IMG/VR virus record: IMGVR_UViG_3300024986_000007
Span: 1 to 29,211 of that record
Strand: one strand, 5' to 3'
DNA from: a virus
Taxonomy: Duplodnaviria; Caudoviricetes
DNA length: 29,211 nt
Shown: piece by piece, positions 10,901 through 18,723 of the stretch
How positions within the stretch are numbered: position 1 is the first letter of the stretch
Layout: each line of letters begins with the position of its first letter
The notes under the pieces: model-generated
Databases searched by the model: none
Seen by the model: the letters and a program-made list of their open reading frames with translations, nothing else
What the model was told of the DNA's origin: nothing
Position numbers and translations under genes: made by a program

Positions 10901-11673
10901 CCGAACACGCCCGATGCCGCCTTAGGGTCGCGCGTCAGGACGGCTGCGGCGGACATCGGGATCGATTCGGTACCCGCCAGAAGCTCGCGCGCGATCCAGC
11001 TAGTCGATTTCGGTCGCCAGTCTTCCGACGCCGCGGCGAGCGCAGCCTGCCGTTTCGCCTGGGCTTCGCGGCGAATGCGCTGACTTTCCTCGAAGCTCTT
11101 ATCCCAGCGCGGGTTATACCCCGTGTAGGTGGCGATGAGGTCGCTGAAGAAGCCCGCGATAGCAGGCTTCGGATCGATGGCGTCGAGCGTGTCAGAGACA
11201 GCGCCGATGGCGCTGTCCATATTCTGGCCCATCGAATACATGCCCGACATCAAGGACGGCCCCAGCCCGGTCACCGTTTCGCGCGTGCTGCGCCACGCCT
11301 TACCGAGAAGCGACAAGCTGTCCCAGTCGTCGGACGCCGCCGCGGCGCCGCGCGGCTGCGCTACAGCCCATTTCCCGATCGCGGGGTAACGCTCGGCCAC
11401 AGTCATGAAGCGGCGGACATCGCGGCCCTTTTCCGCTTCGGCGAGACGATCCTCGACGGTGAGCGGTGGCACCCCGATCTCTTTGGCGATCGCCGTCGCC
11501 CGCCCGACCGTCTCCGGGGAAGCGGAAAGCAGGAGATCTAGCCGCGTCTTGTCGTCCCGCTCGCGGCGCATCTGCGCTTCAACGGGATCGATACGTGCTA
11601 CCGGCTCGTTGGCGGGCTTGCGTGGGCGATATCGCTGATCGTAATAGTCCAGGCCGGGAAGAGTGGGGGGCAA
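4990..11673 (-). CDS. giant internal virion / DNA-ejection polyvalent protein (~2227 aa)
   Basis: Long helical ORF between the SLT ejection protein and the tailspike, with a MuF-C-like segment and an HETGH motif. Start reassigned to TTG 11673 (GAGGTG SD, promoter just upstream). Confidence 0.85.
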   Translation of the reverse strand: MPPTLPGLDYYDQRYRPRKPANEPVARIDPVEAQMRRERDDKTRLDLLLSASPETVGRATAIAKEIGVPPLTVEDRLAEAEKGRDVRRFMTVAERYPAIGKWAVAQPRGAAAASDDWDSLSLLGKAWRSTRETVTGLGPSLMSGMYSMGQNMDSAIGAVSDTLDAIDPKPAIAGFFSDLIATYTGYNPRWDKSFEESQRIRREAQAKRQAALAAASEDWRPKSTSWIARELLAGTESIPMSAAAVLTRDPKAASGVFGVLTGAGEYQNARDAGLDLGTSLAYGARQGTVEALTEHIPAAKLLGDIAARSPLGKLLLNQLVSEIPGEQVATLLQDFDSWVTLNPEKTMSEFIAERPDAARQTLLGTIGAVGTTAAVTRTAQKVTEGAARLAAQRGEAERATREGAILEQFGEAAQKSKLRQRDPDAYAALIREMAEESGATDVYIPAEAIQEYMQSGDFDAEAWADFEQESLEAMATGGDVVMPVERVLSAFPGTPAWEALRDHMRLSPGGMSRFEAESFNAEMADLRQTMEEQAAAIDEFDREMMEARERLVTNVVEKLQSAGYTPSVARTQAELVTARYETRAMRKGQMLTGREFDDVDVVQILPEQLALRQKDDGLDRVINAMRKGAPGAKQGPSLLDFIARRGGIDDVGGDIASMGGDAWHRGAPFRKRLIRASDKGQGSFVGSEQRDTAPEDVLRAAIDAGYFPELAGRETGTYDDALDNNILLDAIGAELRGEPRYATETDTSLSDAALELATLLANEGLDPATATRREIRNAVAAYSARNAADGRNYQQAGLRDDIREAWEGRRTRGFIDLGPVPQALVDYGLPAGTLQIGRGKIRTIAGKHDLDMSILTRLGALLEQPWAIYPSSLAGSGRVVVALPVRDNNGDPVVAAIGGDGKLSIVNSVYGKKPRGSVDGDTQILQAVAAAKAKGQKVLEGDPPARDPELVSGIRPERPRRPILGLPSKDKPTSLEQSGDPASPRGRIIFPSGEFTGAALIELFKSRNLSTFLHETGHLWLEELRSDALSEDATNRLRSDWEAVTEWFAANGHPVANGVIPVEAHEMWARGVEQYLMEGRAPVPALRSIFEQFRAWLVSIYRSVKALRSPLTPEIRGVMDRLIATDDDIALAAQEQSIAPLLTDASDMTSGEFEAYQRLTADARIEARGQLLDRTVRDVRARNTKRYKEIAAELRDEIEASVAERPAFRAISAMRSTPIDRRWVVDYMGDEAAEAMPRGVPPLMRNGGVHPDTIAEQAGFATGREMIESLIELELAHRTAREEGDQRGMRDRIIDEELDMMMRERYGEPLTDGSIEREAIAAVHNDLQGEVIAAEVRVLSRKAGQAPTPYSAAKDWARQKIRSGRVSVEAMPSALQRYARASKKAAREAEVAYLDRDIEAAFRAKQQQMLNNALYSEAKKAHEEVEAARVRLNNIASKAVMKSVDQEYLEQAHALLEAVDIKRRSQKGINRQGKWEEWSAKRQAEGYDIVVPASFEATIGKNNWTRLTVEQLLGLDEAVRQIIHLGRLKRELQDGQEKREFELTVTEAVQAVAKLPQRAPSDLMEPSRWDAIKSKVLAADAALLKMETVFDWLDSGDSNGIFNRIVFRPLVDAQENERARMADILGQLRAALEKVDAKTLKSWSDKITAPELLNRETGNPFVMTREMVVSIALNTGNQGNFDKLLGGYGWSETGVLAMLDRVMTEQEWTYVQEVWDIINSLWPDIEAMEKRVNDIAPEKIEARPVQTKWGTLKGGYYPVVYDPRRNYESESYAAKSDSLFEGIYTRATTPKGFTKERTNVERPIHLSLGVIHRHVGEVIHDLTHREAIMQADKFLQARPVMKAVDDSLGPEVRKQFRPWLQRIANEWAYDRAGQAGVEGFIKKARLNATIVGMGYRLSTIMMQAAGYSNSIERIGARWVLPRLKDVGNPEAWNFVLEKSKEVRARMDTLDRDIRDNVRKAAGQRSLSAVKKFAFHGIGYLDRIVVIPTWLGAYDKAIAEKMSEEDAIYAADKAVRQSQGAGAAKDLAAIQSGRGTFGEAAKLLTMFYSYMSAFYQRQRTFARDVRSARLSDAPGLIARAWWLFVVPPLLSEILAGRTPDDDDDESWAEWSITNIMFQIFGPVPVLRDIGPTLWAKATDRPSFGYRFTPAQGGIESVINVGSDLGKIARGKETKRATRNAIETVGYFTGLTTGQMAVAAQFLVDVGEGDAHPDGIGDWWRGLTTGKTE

Positions 11674-11700
11674 AGGGCACCTCGTCTGTTGCCCCGGAAC

Positions 11701-11730
11701 GCTAGGGATGACGCAAATGCTCTTGAATCG
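11701..11730 (-). promoter_or_regulatory. putative late promoter, copy upstream of giant ejection protein
   Basis: Minus strand CGATTCAA-gagcatttgcgtcat-CCCTAGC. Confidence 0.7.
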
Positions 11731-12034
11731 CGCTATTTTCCTGCCGCTTCTCCTCGCCGGCTGCGCCGCGCCGACCGACAATTCCGACCAGGCAACGAAG
11801 ATCGACGAACTGGAGCAACGCGTCGCGGATCTCGAAGGCCGCGCCGATGCCGTGGAAACAAATCAGAAGACGATCGCCAAGGCTGCAGCGGTAAGTCTTC
11901 AAAGCCCCGTTGCGGCTCCACGCGACCTCGGCACCGACCGCGCATTCGAGCGGATCAAGAAGCTCGAGAGCGCCGAGCGCGAGCGCCAGGGCAAGGATGC
12001 CGAATCCGCCTTCAAGGACGCCGTCGCGAAATAG
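11717..12034 (+). CDS. small lipoprotein moron (candidate superinfection exclusion)
   Basis: MLLNRAIFLPLLLAGC lipobox and coiled coil (KIDELEQRVADLEGRADAVE); fills the gap between two ejection genes. Start is 11708 or 11717. Confidence 0.75.
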   Translation: MLLNRAIFLPLLLAGCAAPTDNSDQATKIDELEQRVADLEGRADAVETNQKTIAKAAAVSLQSPVAAPRDLGTDRAFERIKKLESAERERQGKDAESAFKDAVAK

Positions 12035-12120
12035 CTTTCAGCTAAGCGCGTCGCGGCCTAAGGGATAGATATCGCACGCGGCCGGCCTCTGTCTTCGGGA
12101 CATGCACACTGGCCGCGTCT

Positions 12121-14205
12121 TTATTTGGCGTAGTAGCGGCGCCAGTAATCGGCGACCTCCTCATCGGTCGGATCTCTGCCGAAGGTGCGCTTATAGGCGC
12201 TTTCGATCTTCTTTCGGGTCGCGTCAGGGATATTCGAAGCACCCATGTCGTAGAGGGGCCGCGACGACGATCCGCCATACCAGGTGGTTGTCGGGACATC
12301 GCGCGTCGCGCGCTTGAACAGCTTGAGATAGTCGTCTTCCGTCAGGCCCTTCGCGCCATTTTCGAGCAGCTGCTTGGCCTCGGACTCCATGACACCGTAA
12401 ATGGCGACCCGCTGCTCGTCGGAGAACTTGCCGAACCCGCCATATTTCTGGCCCCATTCGATGGCGCCCGTGATCCCGCTGCGCAGATGCTTGTCCTTCG
12501 GCGCCTCGGTCCGCATCTTCGCCTGCTTCGTCGCGAGGCCCTCGAGTTCGGACTTGGTCACCTTGCCTGCGTATTGGCCGAGCGGCATGGCCTTGAAGCT
12601 TTCGGGGTCATAGATCGACAGCAGGTTGAGCGCGAGCGCGTCCGCACCATTCGCCGGGATGTCCTTCGGCTTTGCGTTGCGCTTGCCGGCATCGATATAA
12701 CGTAGCTGCGCCTCGGGGCTGAGCCGGTCGCGGATGCGAGCCGGCATCTGGGAAATGTCGGTGAAGTTCGGGTTGGCTATGACCCACTCCGACGCTTCCC
12801 GTTCGGCCTGGTTCTCGTCGCGCGCCTTCAGCTGCTCGTCGCGCGCGATTTCCTTATCCGCCCACAGCTTCGAACGCTCGCGGCGCTCGGGCGACCATCC
12901 TTCCTTGTCCGCGAGGGCATCGATCTGGCTATAGACCGCGGCCTTGTCCCACGTCCGCGCAGACTGCTGCGCGCCACCGCCGATCGCGGCGACATTCTTT
13001 TTGACATAGGCCTGCGTTTCGCCGGGCAGGCGCGAAAGCCAGTCGCCGCCCCCGGCGATCGCGTCGTCAACCGCGCCGGGGCCAGCATTATAGGCCGCCC
13101 ATGCCTTCGCGGGATCGCCGCCATAGCGTTTCAGCATCGCGGCGAGATAATCGCGCCCGACACGCGTACGCTCGGCATCGCTGCCATCCTTCGCCGGCCG
13201 GACGCCGAAACCCGGATCCGTGTTCGTCCCCGGCATGACCTGCATCTTGCCCTGGGCGCCCGCGGCGGAGGTAATCAGGCGACCCTTGCTGTCGCGCTCG
13301 CGGTTTCCCGATTCGCTTTGGGCTGTCACCGCGACCATTGCGTCGAATGTCGTTCCGGCCGGGGCGGCTTCCTTGGTGCTCGCCCCCTCGGCTACCGGCA
13401 TCGTCCCGATCGCGCGGTCGAAATCGCCCTGCGCCTGGCGCGTGAGGAGAGGCTCCTTCATGGCACTGCGAAGCGCGAGCTCGTCATTCGCGTTCATCTC
13501 GTCGGCGTTGGCCTCGAGATAGATTTGCGCCGCGTCGATATCGTCATCGGCAAGCATGCGATTGACGACATCCTTATGGACGGCGCTCACCGCTTTCGAC
13601 TTTTCGAGGCGCACCTGGTCTTGCGACCAACCATTGAGCGCGCCGAGCTCGTCGACAGCCGCCTTCATCGTGTCCATGTGGGCACCCATCAGGTCCGGCC
13701 GGTCCCAGTTCGCGGCCGCATCCTCGCCCGACAAGACGACCTGCGATTTCAGGGTGCCTTCCTGCTCTGTCCGCAACTGGCGCGTGGCGTGCTCGCCGAT
13801 CTTGACGCTGTCGGCACCAAAAAGGCCCTCGATTCGGTCATTGGCCATACGGCGCATCCGGTCGTTCGTCGTCGCCCCGAGCGCCTCTTCGCGCAGCTTC
13901 TTGAGCGCCTCCTCGGTAGCCGCGCGCTTCGAATAGGCATTCGAACCGGTCTCCAGCTGAAAGTCCGAAAGGATCTTCGCGGCGCCAGTCTGGTACCGCT
14001 GCGCTGCCTTACGGCTTTCGGTATCATCGAACCGGAGGTCGATATCTGCTTGCGCCTGCGCAAATTCGGCACCGGCGCGCCCGAGATTGGCAACGCCTTG
14101 CGCGATCGCAAGCCCGCCCGCCGCCATGTCCGCCGCGCGGAGACGGGCACCGGTAGTTTCGGCGGGCGCGACCTGGTCGGCCTGATAAACCTGAACGCGC
14201 GGCAT
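12121..14205 (-). CDS. internal virion protein with lytic transglycosylase (SLT) domain
   Basis: AQSESG (catalytic Glu), AGAQGKMQVMPGT and AWAAYNAGPG motifs within a helical protein. Confidence 0.88.
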   Translation of the reverse strand: MPRVQVYQADQVAPAETTGARLRAADMAAGGLAIAQGVANLGRAGAEFAQAQADIDLRFDDTESRKAAQRYQTGAAKILSDFQLETGSNAYSKRAATEEALKKLREEALGATTNDRMRRMANDRIEGLFGADSVKIGEHATRQLRTEQEGTLKSQVVLSGEDAAANWDRPDLMGAHMDTMKAAVDELGALNGWSQDQVRLEKSKAVSAVHKDVVNRMLADDDIDAAQIYLEANADEMNANDELALRSAMKEPLLTRQAQGDFDRAIGTMPVAEGASTKEAAPAGTTFDAMVAVTAQSESGNRERDSKGRLITSAAGAQGKMQVMPGTNTDPGFGVRPAKDGSDAERTRVGRDYLAAMLKRYGGDPAKAWAAYNAGPGAVDDAIAGGGDWLSRLPGETQAYVKKNVAAIGGGAQQSARTWDKAAVYSQIDALADKEGWSPERRERSKLWADKEIARDEQLKARDENQAEREASEWVIANPNFTDISQMPARIRDRLSPEAQLRYIDAGKRNAKPKDIPANGADALALNLLSIYDPESFKAMPLGQYAGKVTKSELEGLATKQAKMRTEAPKDKHLRSGITGAIEWGQKYGGFGKFSDEQRVAIYGVMESEAKQLLENGAKGLTEDDYLKLFKRATRDVPTTTWYGGSSSRPLYDMGASNIPDATRKKIESAYKRTFGRDPTDEEVADYWRRYYAK

Positions 14206-14699
14206 CAGGCCGACTTCATCTTGCTGTACTGCGAGGCGCCGCCGAGCGCGGTCGAGGCCATGTCGAACGCACCTTTGACGAGGGCGCCCTTCGCGGCGAA
14301 CCGCGACGCCTTGGCGCTCGACCGATAGTTCGCAGCGCTAATGTCGAAGCCTCGCACCTTTTCGGCGCCCTGATCATAAATCCGCTGGGCATCCTCGCGC
14401 GCCAGCATGTCGGTATCGCCGGCGACATCGGCCGCCGACCCGAAATCGAGACTGACGCCGTTCGCGGCTTGCGCGACGCGCTGCTCGCCCTTCAGCTGGG
14501 CGACGCGCCGATAATGGGCCAGCGCCTCGGTCTTCGTGTTTTCGTTGGCGCGGAACGCCGCTTCGTTCTCCATCTTGGCGTTCTGGTCGGCGACGCGCGC
14601 TTCGTACCGCGAGGCGGCAGCGCTTTGCAGCGCGGCATAGCCCTGTCCGACAGCTGTCACCGCCGTCGCCGCAATCACCAGTGTCGCCGGATCACACAT
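14205..14699 (-). CDS. small internal virion (ejection) protein, T7 gp14-like position
   Basis: MCDPATLVIAATAV N-terminus, Ala/Gln-rich, QAANGVSLDFGSA motif; synteny. Confidence 0.75.
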   Translation of the reverse strand: MCDPATLVIAATAVTAVGQGYAALQSAAASRYEARVADQNAKMENEAAFRANENTKTEALAHYRRVAQLKGEQRVAQAANGVSLDFGSAADVAGDTDMLAREDAQRIYDQGAEKVRGFDISAANYRSSAKASRFAAKGALVKGAFDMASTALGGASQYSKMKSA

Positions 14700-15156
14700 C
14701 TCGCACCTTCTCGAAACCGTAGAATGGAAGTCCGCCGACCCGACGGCGATCCTCGCCCACCTTAAAGCCCCACTTTTTCAGCATCCGGATCGCCGCGGCA
14801 TTCTCGCAAGACACATATCCGGACAGGCGCTCGCTTGAATCGTGAAGGCGAGCAATGAGCGCCGGACCCATGCCGAGCAGCGCGCGCGCGTGCTGCCAGA
14901 CGACGTCAGTGCCGAGGAACCACGGCGCACCCTCGCCGGTCAGCGCACTGTTGACCACGACGCCAAAGATCGCCTCGGGACGCCCGTCGACGAACGCAGT
15001 CCACGCCTTGTCGCTGTTCAGGATGGATTCGCGCAGGGCAGCCTTGGGCGTGTGGCCAAAAGCCGCGCATTCCCGGACATCGACCGCGCGCATCCGGCGC
15101 GCAACCGATCCTACATGCCTGGTGCGGGCGAGCTCCAGCCGGATCCCGCTAATCAT
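14692..15156 (-). CDS. GNAT-fold, T7 gp13-like protein
   Basis: DGRPEAIFGV, PWFLGTD and ENAAAIRMLKKWGF motifs; lies between nozzle and ejection genes. Start MISGIR at 15156. Confidence 0.75.
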   Translation of the reverse strand: MISGIRLELARTRHVGSVARRMRAVDVRECAAFGHTPKAALRESILNSDKAWTAFVDGRPEAIFGVVVNSALTGEGAPWFLGTDVVWQHARALLGMGPALIARLHDSSERLSGYVSCENAAAIRMLKKWGFKVGEDRRRVGGLPFYGFEKVRDV

Positions 15157-16966
15157 TGATGACCGGATCGACGAAGGCGCCAAGCAGCGTCAGCGGAAGC
15201 GGCGCCGTTTGCTTCACATGTACGCAGACCTTGCCCTGCTCGACGTTCCCCGAATTGATGAGATAGTCGCCGGTCATCAGATTATCGGGGCTGCCATAGG
15301 CTTCCGCGACCCGCTGCTTCACATACACCGTGTCGCTTACGCTCGACCCGGCAAAGACCCCGGAACTGCGATGCAGCGTGAGAACGATTTCGCCGGCCTG
15401 CTGTTTGCGGCCGACGTTCCAACCCTGTCCCGGCACATTTGCGCGCACGGGCAGCGTTTCGATATCGACGCCATAGGGCAGCCCGAAGGTCACATAGGAG
15501 CCGCGCGGCACATCGGGCGGCAGGGTGACCGTGCCGTTGGTGACGGTGAGCCCGGTGACCGGAACCCCGTCAACGAGGGCGGCGACGTCGGTCCGCCCTT
15601 CAAGATGCCACAGGCCGCTGAAGGTGCTGCGCGGCTCCTCGAATTCGCCGGTGACGGCGCAATCGAGAAAACAGCATTCCTTGAGCTCGGCCCAGTCATG
15701 GGACGCCATGCGCTCGACGAAGAAGCGGTCTGTCCCGCCGATCCTACGCTTGACGATGAGATAGACCCGGTCCTCGCCCAATTCGCTTATCGCGCAGATC
15801 GACTGCACCTCGCCGTCGGTTTCGCAGATCGTCCAGCCCCAGACATTCTGCTCTTGCTCCCAGGTGAAGCACAGCAGCTTTCCGTCGCTCCGCACTGCCC
15901 AGATCAGCGAGCGCGGTTCCTGCGAATAGCACCACGACGTGATTGTCATGTCCTTGGGGAAGAAGTCGCTGCAGAAGATGCTGATATCGTCGCTCTTGAG
16001 CCCGTCGATCTCGAAGCTGAAATTGATCGTGCGGACGCTGCGCCCGACCGAGGGCGCGTAAAAGACGACATTGTCGATGACGAGCGGAGGGAGCCGCGAG
16101 GATCCGCGACCGATCTGGCGCCGCGGGGCTTGGCTGGTCGCGGTGATGACGCCGCCATTGCCGTCACCGTCGACGTTGAAGATGGCGTCGCTGGTCAGCG
16201 CGAGCAAGCTCGTCGTCGACGCCATTTGCTCGACGCTGTTGACCCGCCCGGCGACGATCGAAAAGGACAGGCTGTCGTCGGCACGCAAGGGCCGCGAACG
16301 GTCGAAGTTGCGGAACTGGCTGCCACCGGAGCGGCTTCCCCAGACCGCATTCGGTGCGTTCTTCGTTCGCGCGAAGAGGAGGCGCTGCTCGAACAGGGTG
16401 ACAGTCGATGGATAGTCGCCGGCGCCGGGGAAGGGATTGAAGCCCTGCGGCGGCGCCTGGTCGAGCGCCGGACCGATATTATCGTCGGTGAAGCTCGTGT
16501 CTTCCGTCGTGCCAATATAGCCGAAGAACTGGCTATTATGGGCCTTGTAGACGTTATAGCGCGTGGCGCCGGCCGAGTTTGTCCAGCTGATCGTGTTGTA
16601 GTTTTTCTTCAGGCCGAGGTCGTTCGTCGCCGAATCCTCGGCGCTGGCGCGGCTCTCCTGCCCAGTATCGTCATTGACCGCGGTGACGACATAGCTGTCG
16701 GTCTGCGGGAAATAGGCCGCACCGCCATTGTTGGCGTCGGTGTTCGGCGTCGTGGCGACCGCGTTCACCCCGGTCGGCGCCGCGATCGTAGGGCCAAACG
16801 CGATCGGTCCGAACAGCCACTCCGTGTGACCCGCGCGAAGGAGCTCCTGCGGCGGATGATCGATGTGCGCGAGGAACATCGTGTCCGCTGTCTGTTCGAA
16901 GTCCAGGTCGGCAAGCTCGATGCCGTTGTAGGGACTGCCGACCACATATGCGCGAGAGGCACCCAT
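15149..16966 (-). CDS. tail tubular protein B (nozzle), C-terminal major part
   Basis: SPY...LDFEQTADTMFLAHIDHPP, YPSTVTLFEQRLLFA and WEQEQNVWGW beta-propeller motifs typical of T7 gp12/P22 gp10-like nozzles. Confidence 0.85.
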   Translation of the reverse strand: MGASRAYVVGSPYNGIELADLDFEQTADTMFLAHIDHPPQELLRAGHTEWLFGPIAFGPTIAAPTGVNAVATTPNTDANNGGAAYFPQTDSYVVTAVNDDTGQESRASAEDSATNDLGLKKNYNTISWTNSAGATRYNVYKAHNSQFFGYIGTTEDTSFTDDNIGPALDQAPPQGFNPFPGAGDYPSTVTLFEQRLLFARTKNAPNAVWGSRSGGSQFRNFDRSRPLRADDSLSFSIVAGRVNSVEQMASTTSLLALTSDAIFNVDGDGNGGVITATSQAPRRQIGRGSSRLPPLVIDNVVFYAPSVGRSVRTINFSFEIDGLKSDDISIFCSDFFPKDMTITSWCYSQEPRSLIWAVRSDGKLLCFTWEQEQNVWGWTICETDGEVQSICAISELGEDRVYLIVKRRIGGTDRFFVERMASHDWAELKECCFLDCAVTGEFEEPRSTFSGLWHLEGRTDVAALVDGVPVTGLTVTNGTVTLPPDVPRGSYVTFGLPYGVDIETLPVRANVPGQGWNVGRKQQAGEIVLTLHRSSGVFAGSSVSDTVYVKQRVAEAYGSPDNLMTGDYLINSGNVEQGKVCVHVKQTAPLPLTLLGAFVDPVIND

Positions 16967-17631
16967 CAGGGTATCGGATTATTATTATTGCGAGGGCCAC
17001 CGCCAAAGCCGCCGCCGCCGCCACCGCCGACGCCGGGCGGCGGATCGGGCTCCACGGGCGGCGGCACGACCGGAGGCGCGGGCGGCGGATCGGGCGCGCC
17101 GACGCGCGTGATACCGCCATCGGCACCGGTAAACGGATCGAGCCCGAGGGTGTTTGCATTGATCGTGAACTTGTCGGCATCGACGACGGAAACGACTTTC
17201 CAGAAGCGCCCGTTGAGCCTTTCCCCGAGCTGTCCCTCGATGCCGTCTAGGTAGATCAGCTGGTCGACCGAATAATCGTGGTAGGCGATTTCGATCTCGG
17301 CATTGGCGGCATTCGTGATTCCGGTGATTTCGAGCTCTTCCTCAAGCACACGCCCGCCCAGCGCGCAGGGCGACATATATCCCTGCCCCATCTCGAGAGC
17401 ATAGGTCTGGGTCAAGCTGAACTGGAACGGTATGATCCGCGTCGGCTCTTCGCCGTTGATGACCTCGGCGACCAGGCGGGTGCCGGGCCGCTTGGTCAGC
17501 CCGCCATATTTGAGGATGATGACGTTCGTGCCCTCTTTCAGTCCCGCATTATAGGCGTCGACGTCGAAGCGGCCGTGCAGATGCTCGGCGAGTACGCCGC
17601 GGCTGAAGTTCGGCTGCCCGGCGCGGAACAT
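16966..17631 (-). CDS. tail tubular protein B N-terminal part with beta-barrel insert and Pro/Gly tail
   Basis: QPNFSRGVL...GRFDVDAY...GGLTKRPGT is the nozzle N-terminus. It is followed by an ITGITNA...HDYSVDQLIYLDGIEG...LNGRFWKV (E1-FCCH-like) module. Confidence 0.8.
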   Translation of the reverse strand: MFRAGQPNFSRGVLAEHLHGRFDVDAYNAGLKEGTNVIILKYGGLTKRPGTRLVAEVINGEEPTRIIPFQFSLTQTYALEMGQGYMSPCALGGRVLEEELEITGITNAANAEIEIAYHDYSVDQLIYLDGIEGQLGERLNGRFWKVVSVVDADKFTINANTLGLDPFTGADGGITRVGAPDPPPAPPVVPPPVEPDPPPGVGGGGGGGFGGGPRNNNNPIP

Positions 17632-18263
17632 CAGAACTCTTCCATGATGCCGGCGCGGGCATATTCGGCGTCGCTGATCCAGCGCGGAGCCTTGCGCGAC
17701 ACCTTGTTGCGCTCGTCACTGATAGCCTCGCCCTTTGCGTAGGCCGCTTTCTGCATCAGGACGTTTTCGCGCTTCGCGTCCTTCTTGATCGTATAGCAGG
17801 TGCGCGCGGCGAGCTCGAGGACGTAGGCGCGCGAGACGAGCGGCGGCAGCTGGAAATTGGCGGTGCGATTATAGACAAGCGTCGCAGTTTCCACGTTGGT
17901 GTAGATTTTGCCGCCAGACACCGTGAAAGCGAGCGGGATGACGTCCTGTCGCGGAAAGGTGCTAGGGCCGGCCAGCGGTAGGCTTGTTGCCGCCGCCTCG
18001 ACGCCGCGGATCGCGATCGGCGTGGCGCAGTCGGCCGGCAGGGCGTAGCAGAAGAGCCATTCGGCGGGCCGATCGTTGGCGACAAGGGCAAGCACCTGGT
18101 AATGCTCGGTCCAGTGCCATTCGGTCCAGTCGAGCAATTCCTCCATGATGACGAAGGCGACCGCGTTGCAGGCCCGCGCTTCCGCTGAAGGTTCGTTGAG
18201 CGAGGCGATCGCTGGCGCCGCCAGTTCGACCATGGCCTGGTTGTAGAGCGCGACGGTGGTCAT
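17631..18263 (-). CDS. tail tubular protein A / head-tail adaptor
   Basis: LYNQAMVELAAPAIASLNE N-terminus and WLFCYALPADC motif; synteny. Confidence 0.8.
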   Translation of the reverse strand: MTTVALYNQAMVELAAPAIASLNEPSAEARACNAVAFVIMEELLDWTEWHWTEHYQVLALVANDRPAEWLFCYALPADCATPIAIRGVEAAATSLPLAGPSTFPRQDVIPLAFTVSGGKIYTNVETATLVYNRTANFQLPPLVSRAYVLELAARTCYTIKKDAKRENVLMQKAAYAKGEAISDERNKVSRKAPRWISDAEYARAGIMEEF

Positions 18264-18271
18264 GACGCGGG

Positions 18272-18301
18272 CGTAGGGCGGCCACGAGCGCGCTTGAATC
18301 G
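18272..18301 (-). promoter_or_regulatory. putative late promoter giving a leaderless adaptor mRNA
   Basis: CGATTCAA-gcgcgctcgtggccg-CCCTACGCC-cgcgtc-ATG, with no SD before the ATG. Confidence 0.72.
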
Positions 18302-18316
18302 GGCACGAAAAAGGGC
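18293..18316. repeat. 24-bp direct repeat copy 1 (CTTGAATCGGGCACGAAAAAGGGC)
   Basis: Identical to 18715-18738. Confidence 0.95.
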
Positions 18317-18340
18317 GCCAAGTTGCCTCGGCGCCCTTCT
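18308..18340 (-). terminator. intrinsic terminator
   Basis: Minus strand GGGCGCCGAG-GCAA-CTTGGCGCCC-TTTTT. Confidence 0.88.
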
Positions 18341-18359
18341 GCTGTGCGACCCAGCGGAT

Positions 18360-18635
18360 CTAGATGTTGCGAGCAGCGCCGAGGCGGGGGATGCCCTTCT
18401 CGTGACGAAGGCGTTCGAGCAGCGACGGATCGATCGCGACACCTGCGACGCCCGACAAAAAGGCGGGACCGTCATTTGCGAGGTGCGGGGCGTCCATTCG
18501 GAAGCCAGACACGATGAAGTCGATACATCGCTCGACGAACCCGGCGATGACTTCAATGACGCGATCGCTGGCGCGCGCAGCGACTGCGAACAGCGAGGCG
18601 GCCGCGAGGGCAATGTGGTAGCGTGACAGGATCAT
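18360..18635 (-). CDS. hypothetical 91-aa moron protein
   Basis: GGGAGA SD, its own promoter and terminator, hydrophobic N-terminus. Confidence 0.65.
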   Translation of the reverse strand: MILSRYHIALAAASLFAVAARASDRVIEVIAGFVERCIDFIVSGFRMDAPHLANDGPAFLSGVAGVAIDPSLLERLRHEKGIPRLGAARNI

Positions 18636-18694
18636 CTCAATTCTCCCTATGATCGGAGGTGCAACCTAACGGCGGGTGCGGCCGACCGGTTATT

Positions 18695-18723
18695 GCTAGA
18701 CCGTCAGGTGAACTCTTGAATCG
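18695..18723 (-). promoter_or_regulatory. putative late promoter, copy upstream of 91-aa moron
   Basis: CGATTCAA-gagttcacctgacgg-TCTAGC (spacing 1 nt shorter than the other copies). Confidence 0.62.

Noticed and set aside
4990-11673. Virion RNA polymerase within the giant protein
   Set aside because: No DFDGD or T7/N4-type polymerase motifs recognised.
11674-11781. N-terminal extension of the 2263-aa ORF
   Set aside because: It would overlap the lipoprotein gene and the promoter; TTG 11673 has a good SD.
16960-16995. Programmed frameshift fusing the two nozzle ORFs at CCC-TGA
   Set aside because: The downstream ORF is in the -1 frame, not +1. It has a TAA five codons upstream of its ATG and no slippery heptamer. 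The (AAT)4 run cannot change frame.
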